A program made the translations under genes and the position numbers. A stretch of DNA of 32,000 bases. It comes from Haloferax volcanii DS2 (lineage in GTDB: Archaea; Halobacteriota; Halobacteria; Halobacteriales; Haloferacaceae). How positions within the stretch are numbered: the stretch's first letter is position 1; the number at the start of each line of letters is the position of its first letter. The notes under the pieces are model-generated. The model saw only the letters and a list, made by a program, of their open reading frames with translations, was not told the DNA's origin and did not search any database. The stretch spans positions 2,130,001 through 2,162,000 of the forward strand of contig NC_013967.1 of assembly GCF_000025685.1 (NCBI RefSeq), written 5' to 3'. Shown here piece by piece: positions 1 through 6,759 of this stretch.

Positions 1-371
1 CATTCCAACCCTACACCAACGTTGCAACTAACGTTATATTCTTTGAAAAGGGCGATTCAACCGAGAAAGTGTGGTTCTATGACCTCCGAACAGAGATGGA
101 AAAAATCAAGAAAAGTAACCCTCTTACGGAAGAGCACTTTGAGGATTTCCTTGAGAATTTTGACTCTCGTGAAGAAAGCGAACATTATTTCTCTGTTTCA
201 ATAGAAGAAATTGAGGAGAACGAGCACACGCTCAGTTACAAGCAGTATAAGGAATTTGATGATGGTGATGAAGTTGCGCCTCCAGAGGAGCTTCTCACTG
301 AACTGCAATCTCTACAAGATACTGTTCGAGAGAATACAGAAGCGATTATGGATGAGCTGGAGGACGAATAA
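1..371 (+). CDS. hsdM: Type I R-M methyltransferase subunit HsdM, C-terminal fragment (5' end outside window)
   Basis: The frame is open from base 3. Translation FQPYTNVATNVIFFEKGDSTEKVWFYDLRTEMEKIKKSNPLTEEHFEDF... carries the conserved HsdM C-terminal block (TNV.FF.KG...VWFYDLR). The listed 69..371 ORF is only its GTG-initiated tail. Stop TAA 369-371 overlaps the hsdS ATG (TAATG). Confidence 0.8.
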   Translation, partial: FQPYTNVATNVIFFEKGDSTEKVWFYDLRTEMEKIKKSNPLTEEHFEDFLENFDSREESEHYFSVSIEEIEENEHTLSYKQYKEFDDGDEVAPPEELLTELQSLQDTVRENTEAIMDELEDE

Positions 372-1603
372 TGGATAGAGAGGATTTGCCTAAAGGATGG
401 AGACAATACGAATTAGGTGAGATATGCGAAATCATCATGGGTAACTCACCCCCTGGGGAGAGTTATAACGATGAGGGAGAGGGGGTACGTTTCTTGCAGG
501 GCCAAAATGAATTCGGGGAGAATACCCCTGATAGCGATAGATTCACTACCGAACCTTCGAGGATGAGTAAGAATGGGGATATATTGGTAGCTATCAGAGC
601 TACACCCTTAGGGATAGTAAACCAAGCAGATGATGAATATTGTGTAGGGCGTGGTGTAGCTGCATTAAGACCGAAGAAGAAGAAGCTTGATGGAAGATAT
701 CTCTACCACTACATGAAATACTGCAAAGAGAGCGAGTACTGGAGAAAGGTGAGTACTGGCAGTACCTATCCATCAATAACTAAGACAAACCTGCAGAATT
801 TGTCTGTCCCGCTTCCACCCTTGTCCGAACAGCAGAAAATTGCCGACAAGCTGAACTCCGTAATTAGGGGAGTGGACGAGACACGCGAAGTGAGTTCTGA
901 CGCTAAAGTAATTGAAGAGAATCTACTTCGGTCCTGCATTTCGGGGTTGATGCCAGAAAAGGAGGGTTCAACGTGTGAAACAGTCAAACTCGATACTGTC
1001 TGCGAAGTAATCCTTGGTAATTCACCCCCAGGAGAGAGTTACAACGAGGAGGGTGAGGGAATGCGTTTCTTGCAGGGGCAAAAAGAATTTGGAGAAAAGA
1101 CCCCTGTCAGCGATAGATACACTACTGACCCTTCGAAAGTAGGTAAGGAAGGGGACATTCTGATAGCTATCAGAGCAACGCCCTTGGGAATCATAAACCG
1201 TTCAGACGATACGTATTGTCTTGGGAGAGGTGTAGCAGGGCTAAGACCTGAAAAGAATCTCGATGGTGGATACCTCTATTACTATATGAAGATACAACAC
1301 GGATATTGGGAGAAAATCAGCAAAGGGAGCACATACCCCTCCATAACTAAGACAAATCTTCAAAATCTACCCATTCCACTTCCAAAGATTTCTAAACAGC
1401 AGGAAATAGCTGAACGTCTTGAATACATTGAAGCCAGAATAGACGATATTCATGAAGCATCGGAGCGAATGTCCGACATAATCGACGTACTCCCTGAGTC
1501 GGTTCTTTCAAAAGCATTTCAGGGAGAACTCATAGACGACGAATCCATAGAAGAGCGGGTCGTAGCGGTGCAGAGTGGGTTGGAGGAGTTTGAGCCCAAT
1601 TAA
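371..1603 (+). CDS. hsdS: Type I R-M specificity subunit HsdS with two near-identical target-recognition halves
   Basis: 410 aa. Each half ends in the conserved HsdS spacer helix: TKTNLQNLSVPLPPLSEQQKIADKL (nt ~778-852) and TKTNLQNLPIPLPKISKQQEIAERL (nt ~1348-1422). An SD-like GGAGGA sits at 358-363. The gene is coupled to hsdM by a 1-nt overlap. Confidence 0.9.
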   Translation: MDREDLPKGWRQYELGEICEIIMGNSPPGESYNDEGEGVRFLQGQNEFGENTPDSDRFTTEPSRMSKNGDILVAIRATPLGIVNQADDEYCVGRGVAALRPKKKKLDGRYLYHYMKYCKESEYWRKVSTGSTYPSITKTNLQNLSVPLPPLSEQQKIADKLNSVIRGVDETREVSSDAKVIEENLLRSCISGLMPEKEGSTCETVKLDTVCEVILGNSPPGESYNEEGEGMRFLQGQKEFGEKTPVSDRYTTDPSKVGKEGDILIAIRATPLGIINRSDDTYCLGRGVAGLRPEKNLDGGYLYYYMKIQHGYWEKISKGSTYPSITKTNLQNLPIPLPKISKQQEIAERLEYIEARIDDIHEASERMSDIIDVLPESVLSKAFQGELIDDESIEERVVAVQSGLEEFEPN

Positions 1604-1640
1604 TAATCTCACCTATTCACAAAGAGAGGAATGGCCCTTC

Positions 1641-1667
1641 AGTAATAGGTTGGCTTCGGCCTCACAC
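1641..1667. repeat. Motif copy R1: AATAGGTTG-GC-TTCGGCCTC
   Basis: 1644-1663 is AATAGGTTGGCTTCGGCCTC. Apart from a 2-nt GC insertion it is identical to 27348-27365 (AATAGGTTGTTCGGCCTC). It contains a GGC-TTCG-GCC mini-hairpin. Confidence 0.6.
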
Positions 1668-1724
1668 TATGCGCTGCATTCTGCAATCTATTATTCTCTA
1701 TGTGTGGGTCAGAAATGAAGAGTC

Positions 1725-1757
1725 GGTAATAGGTCGGCCTCGGCACTCATCGAAAGG
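1725..1757. repeat. Motif copy R2: AATAGGT-CGGCCTC-GGCACTCA-TCGAA
   Basis: 1728-1755 shares GTAATAGGT and CGGCCTC with R1 (84 bp upstream). It shares AATAGGT, CGGCCTC and the trailing TCGAA with the copy at 27348. Confidence 0.55.
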
Positions 1758-1771
1758 CGAACTGGAGTTAG

Positions 1772-1784
1772 TTATAAAAATAAT
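1772..1784 (+). promoter_or_regulatory. TATA-box-like element upstream of the RHH/integrase operon
   Basis: TTATAAAAATAAT lies ~50 nt upstream of ATG 1833. It is followed by SD GGGAGGTG (1818-1825), which sits 7 nt before the ATG. Confidence 0.4.
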
Positions 1785-1832
1785 TACAGTTAATCTGGCT
1801 AGCGTGATGAATGTGTTGGGAGGTGTCGAAAA

Positions 1833-2333
1833 ATGACAGGCAGCGGCTGGAAAGACTCAGTCAATATTCCAGAGTCGACCACGAAGGCCACCCTGTACTG
1901 TTCAGAAGATGATAAAGAAGAATGGGATCAAGAAGTGGAGGAGCAAGGCTACAGAAGCAGAAGCGCCTACCTCTACGAACTGATCCAAGAGGCACGCGCC
2001 TACAGAGAACAAGGGTTCCTCGCACACCACGAAAGCGAAGAACGGATCGAGGAACTCAAGCAGGAAATCGAACACCTAGAAAACCGGTTAGAGAACCAAG
2101 AACAGCAGAGCAGCGGCCGGACAAAGGTCGACGACGTCGACTTCCTCGAAAAATTCCTCGAAGAGACTTACAAGCCCCTCGACCAGATTCTCCGCGAAAT
2201 CGTAGAGAGCGGAGCCCTGGATGACTTGATCCGCAAACGAGTAGAGGATCAACTGTACTTCCTCGCGCAGCAAGATCGGGTAGAGTTCGAGCGGGGCCAC
2301 GGCTGGAAGCTGAAGAACAAGGGTGATTGGTGA
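1833..2333 (+). CDS. DNA-binding protein: N-terminal ribbon-helix-helix (CopG/Arc-like), central coiled coil, C-terminal winged-helix-like segment; possible excisionase/regulator
   Basis: 166 aa with a strong SD. ATLYCSEDDKEEWDQEVEEQGYRSRSAYLYELIQEA fits a strand-helix-helix RHH pattern. EERIEELKQEIEHLENRLENQEQQ is coiled coil. The C-terminus (QLYFLAQQDRVEFERGHGWKLK) is wing-like. Stop TGA 2331-2333 overlaps the integrase ATG (TGATG). Confidence 0.7.
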   Translation: MTGSGWKDSVNIPESTTKATLYCSEDDKEEWDQEVEEQGYRSRSAYLYELIQEARAYREQGFLAHHESEERIEELKQEIEHLENRLENQEQQSSGRTKVDDVDFLEKFLEETYKPLDQILREIVESGALDDLIRKRVEDQLYFLAQQDRVEFERGHGWKLKNKGDW

Positions 2334-3265
2334 TGGCGGATGACTGGTACGAGACGGTCTATGAGAACAAGCACGAATCGATTAACGAGTTCATCAAGAG
2401 GAAGCAGGTTACAGGCCGCAGTGAACGCACTCTCAACGCCTACAGCCGCATCCTCAAGAAATTCTACCACGAAGAATTTCCCGAATTAAGGCCTGAGGAC
2501 ACGGAGGTATTCCACATCGAGGATTACGTGATGAGATTGGCCCAGAGGGATCTAAGCCAGAACACGAAACGCCGTTACCTCGAATCACTCAGTGCGTTCT
2601 TCAGCTACGCGATGAAACGCCCCAGGTTCGAGAAAATAACAGGAAACCCGGCAGCAGTCGTCCTCGAAGAAATCCCCAAACAAGTACGAGACCGGCCGGA
2701 CTGCGCCACCTGGGAAAACGGCCGACAGATCATCCACAACATCTCCGACCCCAGAGACAAAACAGTCGCTACAGTACTCGCCAAAACCGGATGCAGACTG
2801 ACGGAGGCCCTCGAAATCCAGGTGGACGACCTAATGCTGGAAGAAGGATTCATCCGCCTCCGCAAAAGGAAAGGCGGGAAACAGACCGTCGTCCCCATCG
2901 ACCAAGAAACTATCAAGGCCATTCAGCGGTTCCAGTTCATCCGGAACGGACGCGGCACCGACTACCTCTTCGTCTCCATACGGGGAGAACGCGTCTCCAA
3001 AACCTCAGTACAGAGAGCAGTGAAGAAAGCTGCAGAAGAGGCCGGAATAATGGAGCCGGGAGAAGACAGGTTTCACAAGAAGTTCACGCCACACACCTAC
3101 AGAACCGTCTTCACCACCCTAATGCGAAACCAAGGAATGCCCGATCACATCCTACGCTACATCCGCGGAGACAGCAACGACGAAACAATGGACATCTACA
3201 CACGCGTAGACCGCAGCCAAGCCCGCCAACAATACCTCAACTGCATCAAAACCCTCGAACTCTAA
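2333..3265 (+). CDS. Tyrosine recombinase / phage-type integrase (XerC/D-like)
   Basis: Catalytic signature is present: box I R (AKTGCRLTEALEI), HTYRTVFTTLM (H-x-x-R), and GDSNDETMDIYTRV (nucleophile Y). The N-terminal SAM-like core-binding region is RSERTLNAYSRILKKF. The track ORF begins at TTG 2327, but ATG 2333 sits exactly 5 nt after GGTGAT (2322-2327). Confidence 0.9.
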   Translation: MADDWYETVYENKHESINEFIKRKQVTGRSERTLNAYSRILKKFYHEEFPELRPEDTEVFHIEDYVMRLAQRDLSQNTKRRYLESLSAFFSYAMKRPRFEKITGNPAAVVLEEIPKQVRDRPDCATWENGRQIIHNISDPRDKTVATVLAKTGCRLTEALEIQVDDLMLEEGFIRLRKRKGGKQTVVPIDQETIKAIQRFQFIRNGRGTDYLFVSIRGERVSKTSVQRAVKKAAEEAGIMEPGEDRFHKKFTPHTYRTVFTTLMRNQGMPDHILRYIRGDSNDETMDIYTRVDRSQARQQYLNCIKTLEL

Positions 3266-3276
3266 ACACAACGGAG

Positions 3277-3417
3277 GTGAACCCAACGATAGAACACGAA
3301 ATCAACGAATGGACCAACAAAAACGGCCAACTGCTCGGAGCCTCAATCTTTCTGAGCCCAGAAGAAGTACGTCAGCTTCGCAACGGTGAACCAATACAGA
3401 TCACCGAACTCTCCTAA
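3277..3417 (+). CDS. Possible small protein (46 aa from GTG 3277, or 42 aa from ATA 3289)
   Basis: This is the acidic, protein-like tail (..NPTIEHEINEWTNKNGQLLGASIFLSPEEVRQLRNGEPIQITELS) of the otherwise R/P-rich artefact ORF 2791..3417. SD GGAGGTGA (3273-3280) lies 8 nt before ATA 3289, and an in-frame GTG is at 3277. Weak support. Confidence 0.3.
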   Translation: MNPTIEHEINEWTNKNGQLLGASIFLSPEEVRQLRNGEPIQITELS

Positions 3418-3441
3418 GCATTGGCAGAGTAAATTGTGAGG

Positions 3442-3837
3442 TTAGCTGAGAAGATCGTCAAGCCCTGACTTCTCAACGAATAACAAGGCCATCCCCACCA
3501 GAAACACGAGTACGAGGATCTGGCCGAGAACTCCAAACACAGGGTGAACAAGCTCCGAGATAACACTCGGTGCTATAGAAAACAGAATGAATCCCGATAC
3601 GACGAACCCCGCAGTATAGGGAATATTCCAGTTAATCGCCGCCGTGTAGATCCCAAGAAGAATTCCCCCGGTTAACAAGAGGTAAAGAATGCCGGCCATC
3701 ACAGGCCCCAGAAACTCCTTAGTAAAAGCTACAGCAACAATAACGCCGACAGAAGGAGCCAATAACTCACCAACAGCCCTCTCAACTCCGTGCGAACCTG
3801 AAGGCGGTGCCATAATGATTCTCACATAATCCTTCAC
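3442..3837 (-). CDS. Small integral membrane protein (about 4 TM helices)
   Basis: 131 aa from GTG 3837. Hydrophobic stretches include VGVIVAVAF, VMAGILYLLLTGGILLGIY, GFVVSGFILFSIA and LGQILVLVFLVGMALLF. A TTTTATAG element on the minus strand (~3850-3857) fits better with initiation at the internal ATG 3813 (MAPPSG...). Confidence 0.65.
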   Translation of the reverse strand: MKDYVRIIMAPPSGSHGVERAVGELLAPSVGVIVAVAFTKEFLGPVMAGILYLLLTGGILLGIYTAAINWNIPYTAGFVVSGFILFSIAPSVISELVHPVFGVLGQILVLVFLVGMALLFVEKSGLDDLLS

Positions 3838-3898
3838 AGCGAACCTATAAAATCCTTAACCGCCGTTGCACATCAGGCCCACCATCATCTGCGAAAAA

Positions 3899-4122
3899 CC
3901 ACAGTACAGTAGTTAGTTGCTACCCGTTCCAGACCTGACCCAGAGCTACTGTTCGGGGCTGGATAACCTGATCAGGCCTGTTTCCAGACTGATTTTCAGG
4001 ACTGCCGATCCAGATCTGTACTGTTTCTAGGTTGATTTTCGGAGCCGAACTCTAATGAGAGTTGATGGTAATATCTGTCGTAGAGTATGTCCCGCGGTCA
4101 CTATCCGGATCTAGATCTGTAT
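3899..4122. repeat. Cluster of direct and inverted short repeats upstream of and into the MTase-HEPN gene
   Basis: CCTGTTTCCAGACTGATTTTCAGGA (3977-4001) matches ACTGTTTCTAGGTTGATTTTCGGAG (4020-4044) at 19/25 positions, with a 43-bp period. A partial third copy GTTCCAGACCTGA is at 3926-3938. ACAGTACAG (3901-3909) is inverted at CTGTACTGT (4016-4024). GATC.AGATCTGTA occurs at 4007-4020 and 4108-4121. Confidence 0.5.
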
Positions 4123-6648
4123 ATGATTTCTGAGGACTTGGAAGAGCTCTCTGAAGTAGAGTCGACAGATTTGCGGGACGATGGGGTAGTTATTGAAACT
4201 GAGGGACCGTCCTTCTATATCTTCCTCCCTGGCGGACCTTGTGAACAAACAAAACAGATTCCTGAAGTTGCAGATCGACTGTTGGTAGCCGTTCAAACTG
4301 GATTCTTGGAATTCCACGGAGAAGATATCCTGCTCTATGAGTTGGGAGAGGACCACGACTACGGAGAACTTATCAGACAAGTCTTGACCGGGGAGGCCGT
4401 ACACGTAGAATTAGAGAGCGAGGAGGCCTCAGAAACGCTGTCCGAAGCCGGTTACGTACACGGCTATACACCACAAGCTATTGCGGAAATCCTCACAGGA
4501 TGGGCAATAACATCAGAAAACGACTCCGTCCTTGACTTCGCTACAGGATCGGGAACTCTACTCAAACAAGCTGCGACCTACCTCGACAAAGAAGGCCGCT
4601 TGACCGGAGTCGAGATACATCCCTTTATCGCTAAACTGGTAAAAAGCAGAGTAAGAGGCATAGACAACGCGGAAATATTCAATGAGGACTTCTTCGATTG
4701 GAGAACACCCGAACAGCTAGAGCTGGGCGAAGAAACTCAGGGAGAACACTCTTCCGAGAAATACGATGCAGTCGTCGGAAACCCGCCGATAACGGGCTTC
4801 CTTCCGCCAGAGCAACGAGAGAAAATCAGTGAGTGGACTCAAGGTAGAAGGCCTTCGCTTGCTGCTGCTTTCGTCGCTAAGGCGGTAACTCATCTCAAAG
4901 ACGGTGGGCGTGGTGCATTCGTACTACCGAAGAAGGCCTTGAAAGACGGCCTCTTGGAACAACTCACTGAATCATGCAGCATCCATAGAATTGTAGAGCT
5001 TCCGTTGGGAGTCTTTGCAGATGCTCACTCAGTAGAATTAGTCGTTCTGACCATGGTCAAGGAGGAGCGTGATCCTCAAGTCAAGGAGACCGGGATCGGC
5101 CGATTCAACCAGATGGAACTCCCCGAAAACGCACGAGGCCTTTTCCAACAACCGCTAGACGCCATACTCGAAAACAGGTACAATCCATACGATGCTGAAT
5201 TGGCGAAGGCCTCTCACGCGGACTTGGAAGGAAGAAATGTCTTGAGGATACTTTCTAACCCGTCAATCTATGACATCATCACGTCTGAAGGCTTCACTAA
5301 GCTTGGTGAGCTCTCCGGAGTCGAGATTGGGAGCGGCGTGTCTACAGGCAATAACGATTTCTTCTACTTTGATCCAAGTGAGAAAGAGGAATCAGGTATT
5401 GATGAACGGTTCTTCCGTCCTGTCATCAAGAATCCTCCCAGCGATATACGTTCTATATCTGAGGAAGTGATCGATCTGTATCTGCTGGATCTTACTCAGT
5501 ACGTGGAAGAGTTGAGGAGTGACGGCGTAGAGGTTACAGAAGAGAGAGTGCTTGAAGAGCTGGAGAATGACGGCTACACAGAACTGGTCGAATATATTGA
5601 GGACAGTCCTCTTCATCATCAAGGAAATGGACTCTCGTTTACTCCGAACTATCTTGGCAAGTTCCAGAATCCGGACTTGATTATACCTGAGTTTTTCGAT
5701 GAGCCTGTCTGCTATACTGTTGAGTTAGATGATGCAGTGTTTGATTCGACGGTGATCGGAGTCCAAGTTGATAGGGAACAACGCAGGGATGCTTTAGCGC
5801 GGCTACTGAATACTCCTCTCTACAGAGAATTCTTCCAAACATACGCTGAATCAATGGACTTGAACTGGTACCGTATCAACATCACCCAGCTAAAAGAAAT
5901 CCCGATTATTGAGCAGGCATTGAATGAGGATACATTCGAGAGACTGGAGCCTTTCTTCCCTCCAGAAGACGACAACGACCTCGTCAACCTGAACCATCTT
6001 CTGATTGAAAGCTGTGAGACAGAAGAGGAGAAGCAGGCCTTACGACGGTACTTAGCTTCAAGAGACAACTTTGCCTGGTCCTGGTTCTTGACTCTGCCTG
6101 AGTTTGAGGAGTTCCAAGAGCTTCTTGAATCTGATCGTGACCAGGCTCAAGAGTTCGTGGTCGACCGGTTTGATCAAGAGCTTCTAGACCAAGCACGTCA
6201 GACCTTCCGGAACGTCGAATTCTTTGAAGGCAGACGAGAGCTTCTAGACGACCTTCTTATGGAGTTCGAAGAAGGCCATTACAGAGGTTTTCTCGCCGGA
6301 ATTGTACTACAGTTTGAAGGAGTCCTCGGCGACCTGGTGGAGGAGGCTGGTGGTGACATCGTCGAGGAGGACGGTAAGACCGAATTCAAGATGCCAGGAA
6401 AGAACCGGTCACAGAAGCGAAAGAACCTGGATAACCTGATTTCACAGTTCTTCGATGGCGTATTCAGCGAATACCTGCATCAAACGGTTAGACAACGCCG
6501 AAACAAGATAGCACATGGAGATGTGATCGAAGACAGCCGCACACTGTCAATACACTTCTTCGTCTCCTTCTACGCTCTCTGCAATGCCTGCTTGAACGAA
6601 TACGTACGAATAGCACAGCAACAAGATTCAGAAGCAGCAGCAATCTAA
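4087..6648 (+). CDS. N6-adenine DNA methyltransferase (gamma-class, Eco57I/PglX-type with TaqI_C-like specificity region) fused to a C-terminal HEPN domain
   Basis: 853 aa. The AdoMet motif I is VLDFATGSGTLL (nt ~4544-4573). Catalytic motif IV is VVGNPPITGF (4771-4800). A TaqI_C-like segment reads GVEIGSGVSTGNNDFFYF. The C-terminal HEPN Rx4H motif RNKIAHGD has R at 6499 and H at 6514, preceded by helix HYRGFLAGIVLQFEGVLGDLVEE. The start could instead be ATG 4123 (MISEDLEEL). Confidence 0.85.
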   Translation: MSRGHYPDLDLYMISEDLEELSEVESTDLRDDGVVIETEGPSFYIFLPGGPCEQTKQIPEVADRLLVAVQTGFLEFHGEDILLYELGEDHDYGELIRQVLTGEAVHVELESEEASETLSEAGYVHGYTPQAIAEILTGWAITSENDSVLDFATGSGTLLKQAATYLDKEGRLTGVEIHPFIAKLVKSRVRGIDNAEIFNEDFFDWRTPEQLELGEETQGEHSSEKYDAVVGNPPITGFLPPEQREKISEWTQGRRPSLAAAFVAKAVTHLKDGGRGAFVLPKKALKDGLLEQLTESCSIHRIVELPLGVFADAHSVELVVLTMVKEERDPQVKETGIGRFNQMELPENARGLFQQPLDAILENRYNPYDAELAKASHADLEGRNVLRILSNPSIYDIITSEGFTKLGELSGVEIGSGVSTGNNDFFYFDPSEKEESGIDERFFRPVIKNPPSDIRSISEEVIDLYLLDLTQYVEELRSDGVEVTEERVLEELENDGYTELVEYIEDSPLHHQGNGLSFTPNYLGKFQNPDLIIPEFFDEPVCYTVELDDAVFDSTVIGVQVDREQRRDALARLLNTPLYREFFQTYAESMDLNWYRINITQLKEIPIIEQALNEDTFERLEPFFPPEDDNDLVNLNHLLIESCETEEEKQALRRYLASRDNFAWSWFLTLPEFEEFQELLESDRDQAQEFVVDRFDQELLDQARQTFRNVEFFEGRRELLDDLLMEFEEGHYRGFLAGIVLQFEGVLGDLVEEAGGDIVEEDGKTEFKMPGKNRSQKRKNLDNLISQFFDGVFSEYLHQTVRQRRNKIAHGDVIEDSRTLSIHFFVSFYALCNACLNEYVRIAQQQDSEAAAI

Positions 6649-6662
6649 CTCCGATTTACGGC

Positions 6663-6690
6663 TATCGCCGGCGAATTTTTGCCGAAGCGA
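6663..6690 (+). terminator. Hairpin with T5 tract after the MTase-HEPN gene
   Basis: ATCGC-CGGC-gaattttt-GCCG-aa-GCGAT forms a 9-bp interrupted stem. The T5 run (6675-6679) lies in the loop rather than downstream. It begins 15 nt after the stop codon. Confidence 0.35.
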
Positions 6691-6759
6691 TGTAACCGGT
6701 GTTTTCATACCCCATAGATAAGAAAAGGTTGCTCAAGAAGACTACACACAGGATCGACA

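Noticed and set aside
1922-2224. 100-aa Arg/Pro-rich ORF overlapping the RHH gene in another frame
   Set aside because: Its low-complexity R/P/T composition is typical of a shadow frame on an A+C-rich coding strand. The 1833 frame has an SD, a start and recognisable motifs.
371-3265. Phase-variable hsdS shufflon (hsdS next to a tyrosine recombinase)
   Set aside because: Only one hsdS is present. Its internal repeats are direct rather than inverted, and there is no silent hsdS cassette. The recombinase belongs to a separate operon with its own promoter and RHH partner.
2791-3276. Upstream 160 codons of the 208-aa ORF 2791..3417, overlapping integrase 1
   Set aside because: It is an R/P/H-rich shadow frame of the integrase. 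Only the segment beyond the integrase stop (3277-3417) looks protein-like, and it is listed separately at low confidence.
4087-4480. N-terminal PD-(D/E)xK nuclease domain, which would make the MTase a type IIG restriction enzyme
   Set aside because: Only a weak DDGVVIETE string is present. There is no D...E-x-K arrangement I can defend, so I treat the protein as lacking a nuclease pending structure prediction.
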